Positions 38,027 through 46,790 of a stretch of 64,000 nucleotides of DNA are shown piece by piece. Made by a program: the position numbers and the translations under genes. The first letter of the stretch is position 1. Every line of letters starts with the position of its first letter. The notes beneath the pieces are model-generated. The model made no database searches. It saw nothing but the letters and a program-made list of their open reading frames with translations, and had not been told where the DNA came from. The stretch is from NCBI GenBank assembly GCA_965261395.1, contig OZ253462.1, positions 2,240,001-2,304,000 of the forward strand, written 5' to 3'. The stretch comes from Candidatus Latescibacterota bacterium (GTDB lineage Bacteria > Latescibacterota > UBA2968 > UBA8231).

Positions 38027-39211
38027 GGCTTTGGTGCATGAATTGGTGTTTTTTTCGGTTGATCGGTTGAATAAAAACAGGCTCCTCAGTAGATTGAGCA
38101 CGACTTTCGCCAAAAAACCCATGCTTTCTCGTCCAAGGAACCTGTCATGGCCAACCTATCGTCTTGCCCCTCTTCCGTCAAGCCTGGTCGCTCGCCTCGC
38201 CGTCGCTCCAACGTCGTGTACCGGGTACGTAATTGGGCCGACTATGAGGCCGGGCTGCAACAGCGCGGTAGTCTGACGGTGTGGTTCACGCCCCAGGCCG
38301 TCGAAGCTTGGTATTATCAAGGGCCGCCTCAGCGGGGGGCGCAATATACCTTTTCGGAGGTCGCCATCCAAACGGCGTTGACGCTGCGTCTTTTGTATCA
38401 CTTGCCCCTACGCCAAACCGAGGGGTTTGTCGCTTCGGTGTTGGCCCTGATGGGCTTGGATCTGCGGGTGCCCGATCACACGACCCTGTCGCGCCGTCAG
38501 GCGGGTTTAGCCGTGGCGTGGCCGCCCCAGCGGGGAGACCAACCGATGCACTTGGTGGTGGATTCGACCGGGCTGAAAGTGTATGGCGAAGGCGAATGGA
38601 AGGTGCGTCAGCACGGCTGGAGCAAGCGGCGCACGTGGCGCAAATTGCACCTCGGGGTTAATGAAGCCACCGGCGAGATCGTCGCGCAGACCTTGACGAC
38701 GAATAGCCACGATGATGCGGGGCAGGTGGAGCCGTTGCTGGCACAGATCGAGGCCCCCGTGGAGGCGTTGGGCGGCGATGGGGCCTATGACAAACGCAAG
38801 GTGTTCAAGGCGTTGGCCGCGCCCGAGCAGGGGGCACCTATTCATCCGATCATTCCGCCGCGCAAGGACGCCAAAATCGAGCAACATGGCAACACCAACG
38901 CCGAGCCGTTGCCCCGCGATGAGACGATTCGAGCCATCCGCAAACGGGGCCGTCGAGGTTGGAAACACGAGAGCGGCTATCATCGACGCTCGGTAGCCGA
39001 AACGCAGATAGGCCGCTACAAACAGATACTTGGTGACACCTTGCGCACCCGAACCCTAACCAACCAACAGACCGAAGCGCGGTTGGGCTGTGCCTTGCTC
39101 AACCGGATGCGGGCGTTGGCGAAACCTGAGTCCTATCCGCTAACCAAAAAAGCGTAAATCACACGCGAAAGAAGCCAACACGGCCCCGACCGGTTTTCAT
39201 GCAACAAAGCC
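38027..39211 (+). mobile_element. IS5-family (IS903 group) insertion sequence, 1185 bp
   Basis: IRL GGCTTTGGTGCATGAA (38027-38042), IRR complement GGCTTTGTTGCATGAA (39196-39211); 9-bp TSD GATCTTCGG at 38018-38026 and 39212-39220. Confidence 0.95.
38147..39157 (+). CDS. IS5-family DDE transposase
   Basis: NWADY...RGSLT.W, PDHTTLSRR, VDSTGLK, WRKLH, GDGAYD, YHRRSVAET. Confidence 0.93.
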   Translation: MANLSSCPSSVKPGRSPRRRSNVVYRVRNWADYEAGLQQRGSLTVWFTPQAVEAWYYQGPPQRGAQYTFSEVAIQTALTLRLLYHLPLRQTEGFVASVLALMGLDLRVPDHTTLSRRQAGLAVAWPPQRGDQPMHLVVDSTGLKVYGEGEWKVRQHGWSKRRTWRKLHLGVNEATGEIVAQTLTTNSHDDAGQVEPLLAQIEAPVEALGGDGAYDKRKVFKALAAPEQGAPIHPIIPPRKDAKIEQHGNTNAEPLPRDETIRAIRKRGRRGWKHESGYHRRSVAETQIGRYKQILGDTLRTRTLTNQQTEARLGCALLNRMRALAKPESYPLTKKA

Positions 39212-39554
39212 GATCTTCGGCATCGTCAACGCGGCAGTCCTTGTGGGCGGCAAGTGCCGCCTTTGCCGTCTCAATATTTGTGGACTCAGAAATGAGCCAG
39301 CCGAGTTCAGAGAAGGCTTCATGGAATTCCTCAATCAATTTGGCAAGCTTGGTCGCTTGCTGCTTCGAATCCTTCAAATCAGCAACGATGGTCTTTAGGT
39401 GATCACCGCCTATGCCAAATCGCGAAAGCAGTGCCAGGAATGGTTCGAGATGTCCGATTGCGCGGACTAGGTTGATCTGTTCTTGAAACGCTGGAGGGAG
39501 TGGAAGCTTACGATTTCGTGACATCAATTCTCAGCAGAAGGTAATGTTTGATAC

Positions 39555-39785
39555 TCATGCGCTAGGCAGTGGAACTTCCCGTTCTCCGACCCGCCATGCT
39601 GCGTAGGCTAGCGCCTGATCGATGTCTTCCTGTTCAAGATAAGGGTAGGCGCTCAGGATTTCCTCGGAGGACCGGCCGGCTGCCAAGAGACCCACGATGG
39701 TTCCAACCGTCACGCGTAGCCCCCGGATACATGCCTTGCCGCCCATAACGGCAGGGTCGAGCGTGATTCTCGATAGTCCTTCCAT
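39555..39785 (-). CDS. DUF433 family antitoxin-like protein
   Basis: RITLDPAVMGGKACIRGLRVTV...YPYLEQEDIDQALAYA. Confidence 0.88.
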   Translation of the reverse strand: MEGLSRITLDPAVMGGKACIRGLRVTVGTIVGLLAAGRSSEEILSAYPYLEQEDIDQALAYAAWRVGEREVPLPSA

Positions 39786-39890
39786 GATCCGTTTCTCCTA
39801 TTCAATCGCGCTCCAATTAATCCGAACCGCATCGACCCTATTAGTTACGCCTAGGGACTTTTCCCAGTCAACAGCCTCTTTGGAAGTGCC

Positions 39891-40103
39891 CTACCGCTCC
39901 CACAATTCGCTCAACGGCATGGTGAGTATGCGCTCGTCGGCCAATGGGAGCTTGTCGCGACCGGCGTAGAGTAGCACCCCAGACTCGAAATCCTCGCCGC
40001 AGCGATCAGCCAGCCGCACAAGCCCTTGCCCGTCTTTGGAGGTGAGCGCATTGGCGGCTTTGACCTCAATGCCCCAAGTCTTCCGGCCCCGAGTAAGGAC
40101 TAG
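39891..40103 (-). pseudogene. C-terminal fragment of an AAA-ATPase/DUF4143-type protein
   Basis: Minus-strand frame LVLTRGRKTWGIEVKAA...GVLLYAG...MPLSELWER-stop (IEVK nuclease-like motif) with no start. Confidence 0.6.
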
Positions 40104-40156
40104 ACTAAAGCCTCCCGTAGGACGGGTGCCAGCGAGCGGGGAAACAGGGAGCGACC

Positions 40157-40194
40157 AGCGTCCAATTGTCGGTTAGAGGAGCGTCCAATTGTCG
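40157..40194. repeat. 15-bp direct repeat AGCGTCCAATTGTCG x2, 23-bp period
   Basis: Exact copies at 40157-40171 and 40180-40194, just past the patatin stop. Confidence 0.7.
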
Positions 40195-40206
40195 AATGTT
40201 ACTGTC

Positions 40207-41547
40207 TCAGGTAAACATAATCCTGCCGTCTTGGAGGGGCATGTAGATGGAGTGCGCAGCGTGAACTTGCCAAGCTGCATGCGCTGCAAGACGCTGCACA
40301 GTCTCCGGGGACAAGGCAGTGAATCCAGTCTTCACTGTGTTCATCCTGTGAGCAGCATTATCTCCTCCTAGTTGCGCGTGGTACTCTTTCGCAGCAGTGA
40401 AGTCGCAGCCAACTCCTTCCAAGTAGGCGACGATACGTGCGGGATCGTCATTCGAAGGAATCGTGGCTTCGGACTCCCCAGCATGCTCGCCGAGCTCCAC
40501 GAGCCTCCATCTCGGAATTGAACTAAAGAAGGAGTTCCAACTCTGTGCCACGCGAACAAACAAGAGTGCTCGCCGTCTGCGTTTCGGCTCTTGGTCCAAG
40601 TAGCTCGCTATCCCCTTGTTCGGCACGATTGAGCCACGTCGCAACTCTTCGGCGAGCCAAGAGTGAATCAATTGATCGTGGATCTCCTGTCTTGCCCAGC
40701 GGTTCTGCTTGTCGTTCATCACTAGCATGAGCCGATCAAGGGTCCGTCCACTTAAGAGCCACATGAAGAAACCCCTGACCGAACCAACAAGCCCTCGATT
40801 CTGCCAAGGTCGGTCATGGACACCCGCATCGCTCACAACAAGGTTCCATGAGGCATAGCGTCGGCTCTTCAAAAGAGTCTGAATGCCGAGATTCTCAAGC
40901 ACACCACCGTCGGTAAGGTAAATTTTCTTCGCTCCAGCCAATGAGTCCCTAAATTGCGTTCCGGGTGGGAAGTCTCTCAGTTGCAAGGTTAGCGGTGGAA
41001 GGCCGATTGGGAACGCAGCGGAGGCAGCGACAGCACGCGCTAAGGGAAAATTGCTCCAAGGCACTACATGGGATGGTCTAGCTCCGGGGACAGTAATTCC
41101 CCAGGCAGAGAATCCGTCCCGTGAAAACTTAGCTATCTGACCGTTGTTCAATACCGTCGTGTTTATACACAAAGCCGGGCGTTCAGGCAGACGCTCTAGC
41201 GTAACTCCCTGTAACAAAACGCGATCGAAGGTATCCGCGAGCAAATGAGTTCGCGAGTACGGTACTTTAGGGATCAGCACGCGGAGCAGAGACGGCCTGA
41301 TCGACCTAGCAATGAACCCGCACAAAAGTTCTTTCTGGATACTATCAGTGAACTCCCTTACACTCTGTCCATCTACCTTTGCTGCCATCCAAGCAGCACC
41401 AAAGAGTGATCCGCCAGATACCGTAGAAACAACATCTATCTTGTCAATTAGATTCAGTTCCGAAAGCGCAGAGATCGTTCCACAATGAAATGCTGCGGCG
41501 CGAGACCCGCCTCCAGACAACGCAAGTCCGAGATCGTACATGAGCAC
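40207..41547 (-). CDS. Patatin-like phospholipase, putative defence effector
   Basis: LALSGGGSRA oxyanion motif, TVSGGS nucleophile Ser, VAASAAFP, DGG catalytic Asp. Confidence 0.87.
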   Translation of the reverse strand: MLMYDLGLALSGGGSRAAAFHCGTISALSELNLIDKIDVVSTVSGGSLFGAAWMAAKVDGQSVREFTDSIQKELLCGFIARSIRPSLLRVLIPKVPYSRTHLLADTFDRVLLQGVTLERLPERPALCINTTVLNNGQIAKFSRDGFSAWGITVPGARPSHVVPWSNFPLARAVAASAAFPIGLPPLTLQLRDFPPGTQFRDSLAGAKKIYLTDGGVLENLGIQTLLKSRRYASWNLVVSDAGVHDRPWQNRGLVGSVRGFFMWLLSGRTLDRLMLVMNDKQNRWARQEIHDQLIHSWLAEELRRGSIVPNKGIASYLDQEPKRRRRALLFVRVAQSWNSFFSSIPRWRLVELGEHAGESEATIPSNDDPARIVAYLEGVGCDFTAAKEYHAQLGGDNAAHRMNTVKTGFTALSPETVQRLAAHAAWQVHAAHSIYMPLQDGRIMFT

Positions 41548-41562
41548 TTACCGATGGACCTT

Positions 41563-43776
41563 TTAATGAGCTTTGATGTGACACTGAATCTCTGTTTCCC
41601 CAACGATCAGTACAATTCCCGGAAGTCCCTCCGACCGCATGTGCTTGGTAACGAATTCTAGAACTTGCTTATCGTCAGAACTCATTTTCAACGATATACC
41701 TGAAGGATGTGAGTGCCATTCCCCTATGTAGTGTACGGCTTGACCTGTCCATTTTTCGATTTTCTCTACGTCCTTGCGAAGTCCCACTGAGCCTCGGATG
41801 AATGCCGTTGGCCATTCTTCGCTATCGGGGGGAGCAGGTAGTGCATCCACAAGAAGAATACTCTTGCGGTGCGCGTCCACTGTCCCGACCAAGACACCGC
41901 CAGTCTCACATGGTAAAGCGCTAGAACGAAGATCGAGAAGGTGGGTCTTAAGACGGGAGTTGATGCCTATTTTCCAGTCCGATCCCTCAAACCATTGGCA
42001 GGCCGTTGCCGGTGAGCAGTGGTGCTCTACTGCTAGTTCGTCTGTCAAGCGCCAGATGGATACGAACCCCTCTTCTGTGAGTCGCTGCACTGCGCCCGCC
42101 GTGATTGCCGCATGGAGCGCCACGCGATCTTGGGGTATGTGCATCGAGATATCGGCGCACGAGCCGCCGTATCGAAGTGATGCGGGATTTTCTTGGTAGA
42201 ACTCTTGGAGGTCTTTCGTTCGAATAAGAAGCCGATGGAACTGGGCTTCCAGTTCATAAATCGTGAAAGCCCGGTCGGCGTCTTCGACAAGCATCACAAG
42301 GTATCTGCCGCTTGGACTTAAAAAAGCCGATATTCGCCGTGCCTTCGAAAAAGTGTCATCCGCGAGATGCCGCGCCACCGCGGTAGACGCGGAGAAATCG
42401 AAGACGATCTCCGCCTCATTAAGAGCCGCGGCGAGATTCCTCGCCTTGTCTCTTGGATTAAGCACATCGCAGACGAGGGCTTGTACCTTCGAGTCCTGGA
42501 CCGTGTCCATCAGCGCCGCTGCCATATACTGAGCCTTCGGGAAGCCCAAGCTCCGACTGAGCAACGCGTGTCGTGTCAGGTTATGGGGCAAAAGCACATC
42601 GTGATCAATAAGCGTCCATGAACCGAACCCCGTCCGGATCAGGTTGGACACTACTTGCGAGCCGAGAGCTCCTTGTCCCACTGCCACCGCCTTGCGCAGA
42701 TCGGGATCTCGTCCGGCAGCGCGGGCCGCTATTCGCATCGAGAGCTCAGACACCGGGTGAAGGCATACTAGCCTGACTTCTTCAGGGGTTGGATTTTCTT
42801 GAGGGATCAGAGTGCAGGCGTGTCCCTCTCTCATTTGCCATAGACCGAGGTTTTCTCCAAGTGTAGCGACTGTCTCGTCAATAGAGAACGCAAAAATGTC
42901 CGTCGCCTCTACGGCTCTACCGCTCTTTCGGAGCTTGGGCAGAACCGTTATCAGGATCGGTTTTCGGTCTAGGAGTTCCTTGTTCTCTCTCCACTTCTCG
43001 AGTCGAGACACGAGTTCCGTAACGAGGTCGATCTCCGCGGCCGAAAGCAGATCGCGAAGGTCTGCGAGCGTAAGAGGCGTATGTGCGATGATGCCATGCT
43101 CCTGCGCTTGACCGACGAAGACCGTCGCCACGGAGTGTACGACGTGCTCTTGCCCAAGATCCTCGATGTCCTCCGGATGCCGAGCTACCAGAACGGGCCG
43201 TTTCATTTCAGGCGTTTGGACGTGGATCACGTCGAGGCGGACTGGTCCATTTTCCTCCCCGAAATTCGCTGGCACGATAAGCGGAATACCTGTACCCAAT
43301 AGCAGTGGCTCCAAGGGCTGATCGTCGGCATGCAACTCATCTCGCGCCGTTGCGGCGAGCCAATTGCGAAGGACTTCTATGAAGCGCCCAGGCGTCCACC
43401 AGAGCTGGGTTTCATGCCAGGGCTCTTCAAAGAGACAAAGACTGCGAGGAACTGCCGTATCGCGTAGGTTCAAATGGGGTACGAAGGGGAAACAACGGCG
43501 CAGTGCGAAGACCTCTGGTGTCCATCTGTCATCACGCGAGAATTCGGTCGATAGCCGCTCTTGCAGACGGATATCGTGAATGCGATCTTGGGCAAGCTCA
43601 ACGTCGACCTCAAACGTGACAATATCTGTATCCTCGGTCTTGGAGAGTGATACGAGGCGGGCAAAAGGAATCTCACCTGCTCGCAGGAGCTCTGCCAACT
43701 CGCGAGCACGGGATACAAACGAAGTGCTATCGTCACACAACTCGCCTTTTGCCGCGATCCAGAGATCCTCTGTCAT
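41563..43776 (-). CDS. Fused E2-like / E1 (ThiF) / JAB protein (Cap2-Cap3-like)
   Basis: E2: VPHLN...SLCLF; E1: GQGALGS, DHDVLLPHNLTRH, GGSC; JAB: ETGGVLVG, YIGEWHSHP, SSDD. Confidence 0.88.
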   Translation of the reverse strand: MTEDLWIAAKGELCDDSTSFVSRARELAELLRAGEIPFARLVSLSKTEDTDIVTFEVDVELAQDRIHDIRLQERLSTEFSRDDRWTPEVFALRRCFPFVPHLNLRDTAVPRSLCLFEEPWHETQLWWTPGRFIEVLRNWLAATARDELHADDQPLEPLLLGTGIPLIVPANFGEENGPVRLDVIHVQTPEMKRPVLVARHPEDIEDLGQEHVVHSVATVFVGQAQEHGIIAHTPLTLADLRDLLSAAEIDLVTELVSRLEKWRENKELLDRKPILITVLPKLRKSGRAVEATDIFAFSIDETVATLGENLGLWQMREGHACTLIPQENPTPEEVRLVCLHPVSELSMRIAARAAGRDPDLRKAVAVGQGALGSQVVSNLIRTGFGSWTLIDHDVLLPHNLTRHALLSRSLGFPKAQYMAAALMDTVQDSKVQALVCDVLNPRDKARNLAAALNEAEIVFDFSASTAVARHLADDTFSKARRISAFLSPSGRYLVMLVEDADRAFTIYELEAQFHRLLIRTKDLQEFYQENPASLRYGGSCADISMHIPQDRVALHAAITAGAVQRLTEEGFVSIWRLTDELAVEHHCSPATACQWFEGSDWKIGINSRLKTHLLDLRSSALPCETGGVLVGTVDAHRKSILLVDALPAPPDSEEWPTAFIRGSVGLRKDVEKIEKWTGQAVHYIGEWHSHPSGISLKMSSDDKQVLEFVTKHMRSEGLPGIVLIVGETEIQCHIKAH

Positions 43777-44882
43777 CAGCCCGCTCGCGGTGCCGTGCGA
43801 TTCACGAGCGGAGCACCCACCATGACCTTCTTCTTCAGGGACGCGCCCGAACTTCCGATCTCGATGATGAGCCGCTCTGGGGCGCTCTTTTTGGTGTGCT
43901 CCATCGTCACGACAAACTCTCCCTGGAGACCTTTGGCAACTTTATCGTAGTAATTAGCTGCCTGCTGGTGAGGAGGATCATTCGTCTCCTCGGGCGGAAC
44001 GGGGTCGCTGGACGACACCAAGATCGCTCTGGATTGACCTTGGTTCTCGTAGAGCCATTCGACCTCTGGAACAGGCTCCGTCGAGGTCTTTCCCTTCTCG
44101 GGTCCGAGTGAGAGATAGCTGCAATGATGAGGCAACTTCACGACATCGTATTCTAGGCGGCTCTCGTTTCCGTGTGCTTTGGTCACGGTGACGATTCCAG
44201 CGAGATCTTCGTGGTCTAGGTCGGCACCTAAGAAGACACGGGTCAATCGCCCGCCAACCTTGAACATTGCTTGCAACGCAAGCGAAGTGGAATTTCTCAC
44301 GATCGCGCGGCCGTCAGAGGCCGACTCCGCAAACGGCGAGTGAACAAAGAGCTCTACTCCACCGGATGCGAACGAGAATCCCGGTACGAGGCGTCCTGCG
44401 TCGGTGATGAGGTGCGCTCGGTCGCTGAGCTTCAAGCCCTGCTGGTTGAGCCACTCCTCAAGGGATTCGGGACGCGAAAAGACACGGATGCCCTTACCCT
44501 CCTTGAGCCTGTGCCGTGCCTCGGCCCGGATAATCTTGGCCTCCTTCGCTTCGAGTGCCTCCTCCACGATAACGGCGGCGGGCACCCAAAGTTCTCCGAT
44601 CTTGATGCGGTCGTTGCTCTGATACTTGGCGGCATGGTCTAAAAAGAAAACGTCGCTGACCCCCTTATAATGATCTTCGTCGAGGTGCGATATGGCCAGC
44701 ACGTCGACATCATCGCGTGTGCCAAGGTCTTCACGCAGGGCTTTCGGAAGGTCGATACGGAGGTCATTTTCCTCATCTCCTCTGGTTGCCGCGAAATCCA
44801 TAACGAGAACGCGGCCGTCGGTCAGTTCGACTAGACAGCAATCGGCATTGCCGAGCGGATAAAATGTTAATTTTGGTGTCAT
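43776..44882 (-). CDS. Metallo-beta-lactamase-fold (ComEC/Rec2-like) hydrolase ending in ...APRAG
   Basis: FYPLGNADC, SHLDEDH, GAD, KLPHHCS; TGATG overlap with the E2-E1-JAB gene. Confidence 0.82.
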   Translation of the reverse strand: MTPKLTFYPLGNADCCLVELTDGRVLVMDFAATRGDEENDLRIDLPKALREDLGTRDDVDVLAISHLDEDHYKGVSDVFFLDHAAKYQSNDRIKIGELWVPAAVIVEEALEAKEAKIIRAEARHRLKEGKGIRVFSRPESLEEWLNQQGLKLSDRAHLITDAGRLVPGFSFASGGVELFVHSPFAESASDGRAIVRNSTSLALQAMFKVGGRLTRVFLGADLDHEDLAGIVTVTKAHGNESRLEYDVVKLPHHCSYLSLGPEKGKTSTEPVPEVEWLYENQGQSRAILVSSSDPVPPEETNDPPHQQAANYYDKVAKGLQGEFVVTMEHTKKSAPERLIIEIGSSGASLKKKVMVGAPLVNRTAPRAG

Positions 44883-44970
44883 ATCTTGTCCTCCCTTATC
44901 ATATTTGATTCTTTGTTCATCGGCGGAACTCTACTGGCCTCGATCCTAGTCTCTCCAGGACTGCACCAAG

Positions 44971-45010
44971 AAAGTATCATTTGTTAAAAATTAGAAAAGA
45001 TGATAACTTT
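44971..45010. promoter_or_regulatory. Imperfect inverted repeat in the divergent promoter region, candidate operator
   Basis: AAAGTATCAT (44971-44980) ... ATGATAACTTT (45000-45010) in an AT-rich gap between the MBL and XRE genes. Confidence 0.4.
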
Positions 45011-45047
45011 GTCAAGAGATCAATCAAATGCCCCACGAGGAGAAACA

Positions 45048-46181
45048 ATGGCTGGTGAAGAGCACATTGCCGCGAATATCGCCCGGCTACGGCTGGATCG
45101 GCAGTTGACCCAAGAGGAACTCGCCCGCAAGGCGGGACTCTCAAGGGTCGCGCTCGGAAAGATCGAACGAGGTATCGTCGTCCCACGTGCCCGGACCCTC
45201 ACCGCTATAGGAAAAGCATTAGGCGTTCCGCTCGGCGATCTCGCGACGCCTGTTCGGCCCCTTGAGACCGTGCGATTCCGCGTCCAGGCACGAGTCCACG
45301 CTCGGGCGCAGATCTTGGCCGAGGTCGCAAAGTGGCTTGACGCCTACACCCAAGTCGAAGCCGATCTCGGCCAGTCGTGTCTCTTCCGATTCAAGGCTGT
45401 TCGCACTCAGCACAGGAACCCAATGAAGGCCGCTCAGGCCGCGCGCAAAGCCATCGGGCTTAGGCCGGAAGAGCCGGTGCGCGACATCTGCGGACTACTC
45501 GAAGGCAACGGGGTGAAGCTCCTGCTCATCGAGAGGAAAAGCGACTCCTTCTTCGGACTGAGCGTCGGTGCAAGGGACGGCGGTCCTGCCGTGGTGGTCA
45601 ATACTTGGGAGCGGATCTCAGTGGAGCGCTGGATCTTCACCGCGGCACACGAACTCGGCCATTTGTTGCTCCACCCCACCGAGTATCGACGCGATGCCAC
45701 CGAACTCCCCGTGCAGACAGAGCGCGAGGCCGACGCCTTTGCGAGCCACTTCCTGATGCCAGAAGCCGCGTTCGCCTCGGAGTGGGACGAGACCCGGGGA
45801 CACCCGCTCCTCGTCCGCGTCCTCAAGGTCAAGCGCATCTTCCGAGTGAGTTACAAAACCGTGCTCTATCGGCTGGTCGAGTCTGGTCGTGAAACCTCGG
45901 ATATCTGGCGTGCATTCCAGCTCCAGCATCGCGGTTACTTCGGCAAGACGCTTCGCAGGACCGACGAACCCGAAGCACTTGAAAGAAGCGAGTTCGCCTG
46001 GAACTGGAGTCGCTCCGGCGAGCCCGAGGGCCTCTCCCGGCACGACTTTGTCGAGGGTCGCCTCTCGCGGCTCGTGCGACAGGCGCTCGAACAGGAGCAC
46101 ATCTCACTCGGGCGTGCCGCCGAGATTCTGGGGCTGGCCCGGGAGGAGATGAGGAGGCAGGCACGTGAGTGGGTGGGGTAG
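45048..46181 (+). CDS. XRE HTH fused to ImmA/IrrE-family Zn metallopeptidase
   Basis: LTQEELARKAGLSRVALGKIERG HTH; FTAAHELGH (HExxH); EREADAFASHFLMP; GAGGAG RBS before ATG 45048. Confidence 0.9.
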   Translation: MAGEEHIAANIARLRLDRQLTQEELARKAGLSRVALGKIERGIVVPRARTLTAIGKALGVPLGDLATPVRPLETVRFRVQARVHARAQILAEVAKWLDAYTQVEADLGQSCLFRFKAVRTQHRNPMKAAQAARKAIGLRPEEPVRDICGLLEGNGVKLLLIERKSDSFFGLSVGARDGGPAVVVNTWERISVERWIFTAAHELGHLLLHPTEYRRDATELPVQTEREADAFASHFLMPEAAFASEWDETRGHPLLVRVLKVKRIFRVSYKTVLYRLVESGRETSDIWRAFQLQHRGYFGKTLRRTDEPEALERSEFAWNWSRSGEPEGLSRHDFVEGRLSRLVRQALEQEHISLGRAAEILGLAREEMRRQAREWVG

Positions 46182-46683
46182 ATGGCGATGGCCCAGACCG
46201 TGCTGCTCGCCGACGCAGATGTGCTCATTGACTACCGCGAGTCGGAGATCAAGATCCTTGAACTCGTGGTGCAGCATATAGGGAGAGTGGTCGTTTTGGC
46301 TCCCGTGCTTGATGAGGTGCAGGGCGTGACGCCGGCGCAATGTGCACAACTCGGGATTGAGGTCGTCGAGGTCGAGACAGAGCAGTTGGTACGGGCTTCA
46401 GAGGTCGAGTCCCGCGTGTCCTTCAATGATCGCCTCTGCTTGGTCACGTGTCGCGAAGAGGGTTAGGACATGCGTCACAAACGACGGTGCGCTCCGACGG
46501 CTCTGCGAGCGCCACGGCGTGGCGACGCGATTCGGCCTCGGTCTTATGGTAGATCTGGTCGCTGCCGGTGCCCTCACCCGGCAGCGTGCCATGGCTGTCG
46601 CCCGCCAAATCCAAGCGTCGAACCCGCTCCACATCAACGAGCGCGTAATTCAGCGGTTCTTGGAAGCCCTTGGGGAGACTTGA
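46182..46683 (+). pseudogene. PIN-domain protein with +1 frameshift near 46465
   Basis: LADADVLID, VLDEV, SFNDRLCL, then GGT TAG; removing one A gives GWTCVTNDGALRR... continuing to TGA 46683. Confidence 0.72.
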
Positions 46684-46790
46684 CATCTAGTCCTAGCGCA
46701 CCGGCTCTTCCAGCCCGTCTCGCCACGACATGTACTTGGCCGGTCGCACGACCTCACGCCGCACGATGCGATCATCTATCATAACGACCT

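Larger units (their letters stand above)
37035..39527 (-). pseudogene. HEPN-motif protein (432 aa when reconstructed) interrupted by an IS
   Basis: Removing 38027-39211 plus one TSD copy fuses ORFs 39159..39527 and 37035..38039 in frame (...VDDAEDLLATDYEG...); RNGILH matches the HEPN RxxxxH motif. Confidence 0.75.

Noticed and set aside
40157-40194. Mini CRISPR array
   Set aside because: Only two 15-bp repeats with an 8-bp gap and no cas genes.
40207-44882. Calling this a canonical type II CBASS
   Set aside because: No CD-NTase gene in or near the operon; the first gene has MBL motifs instead.
46464-46466. Stop-codon readthrough (pyrrolysine) at the TAG in the PIN gene
   Set aside because: The homologous-looking continuation is in a different frame, so it is a frameshift, not readthrough.
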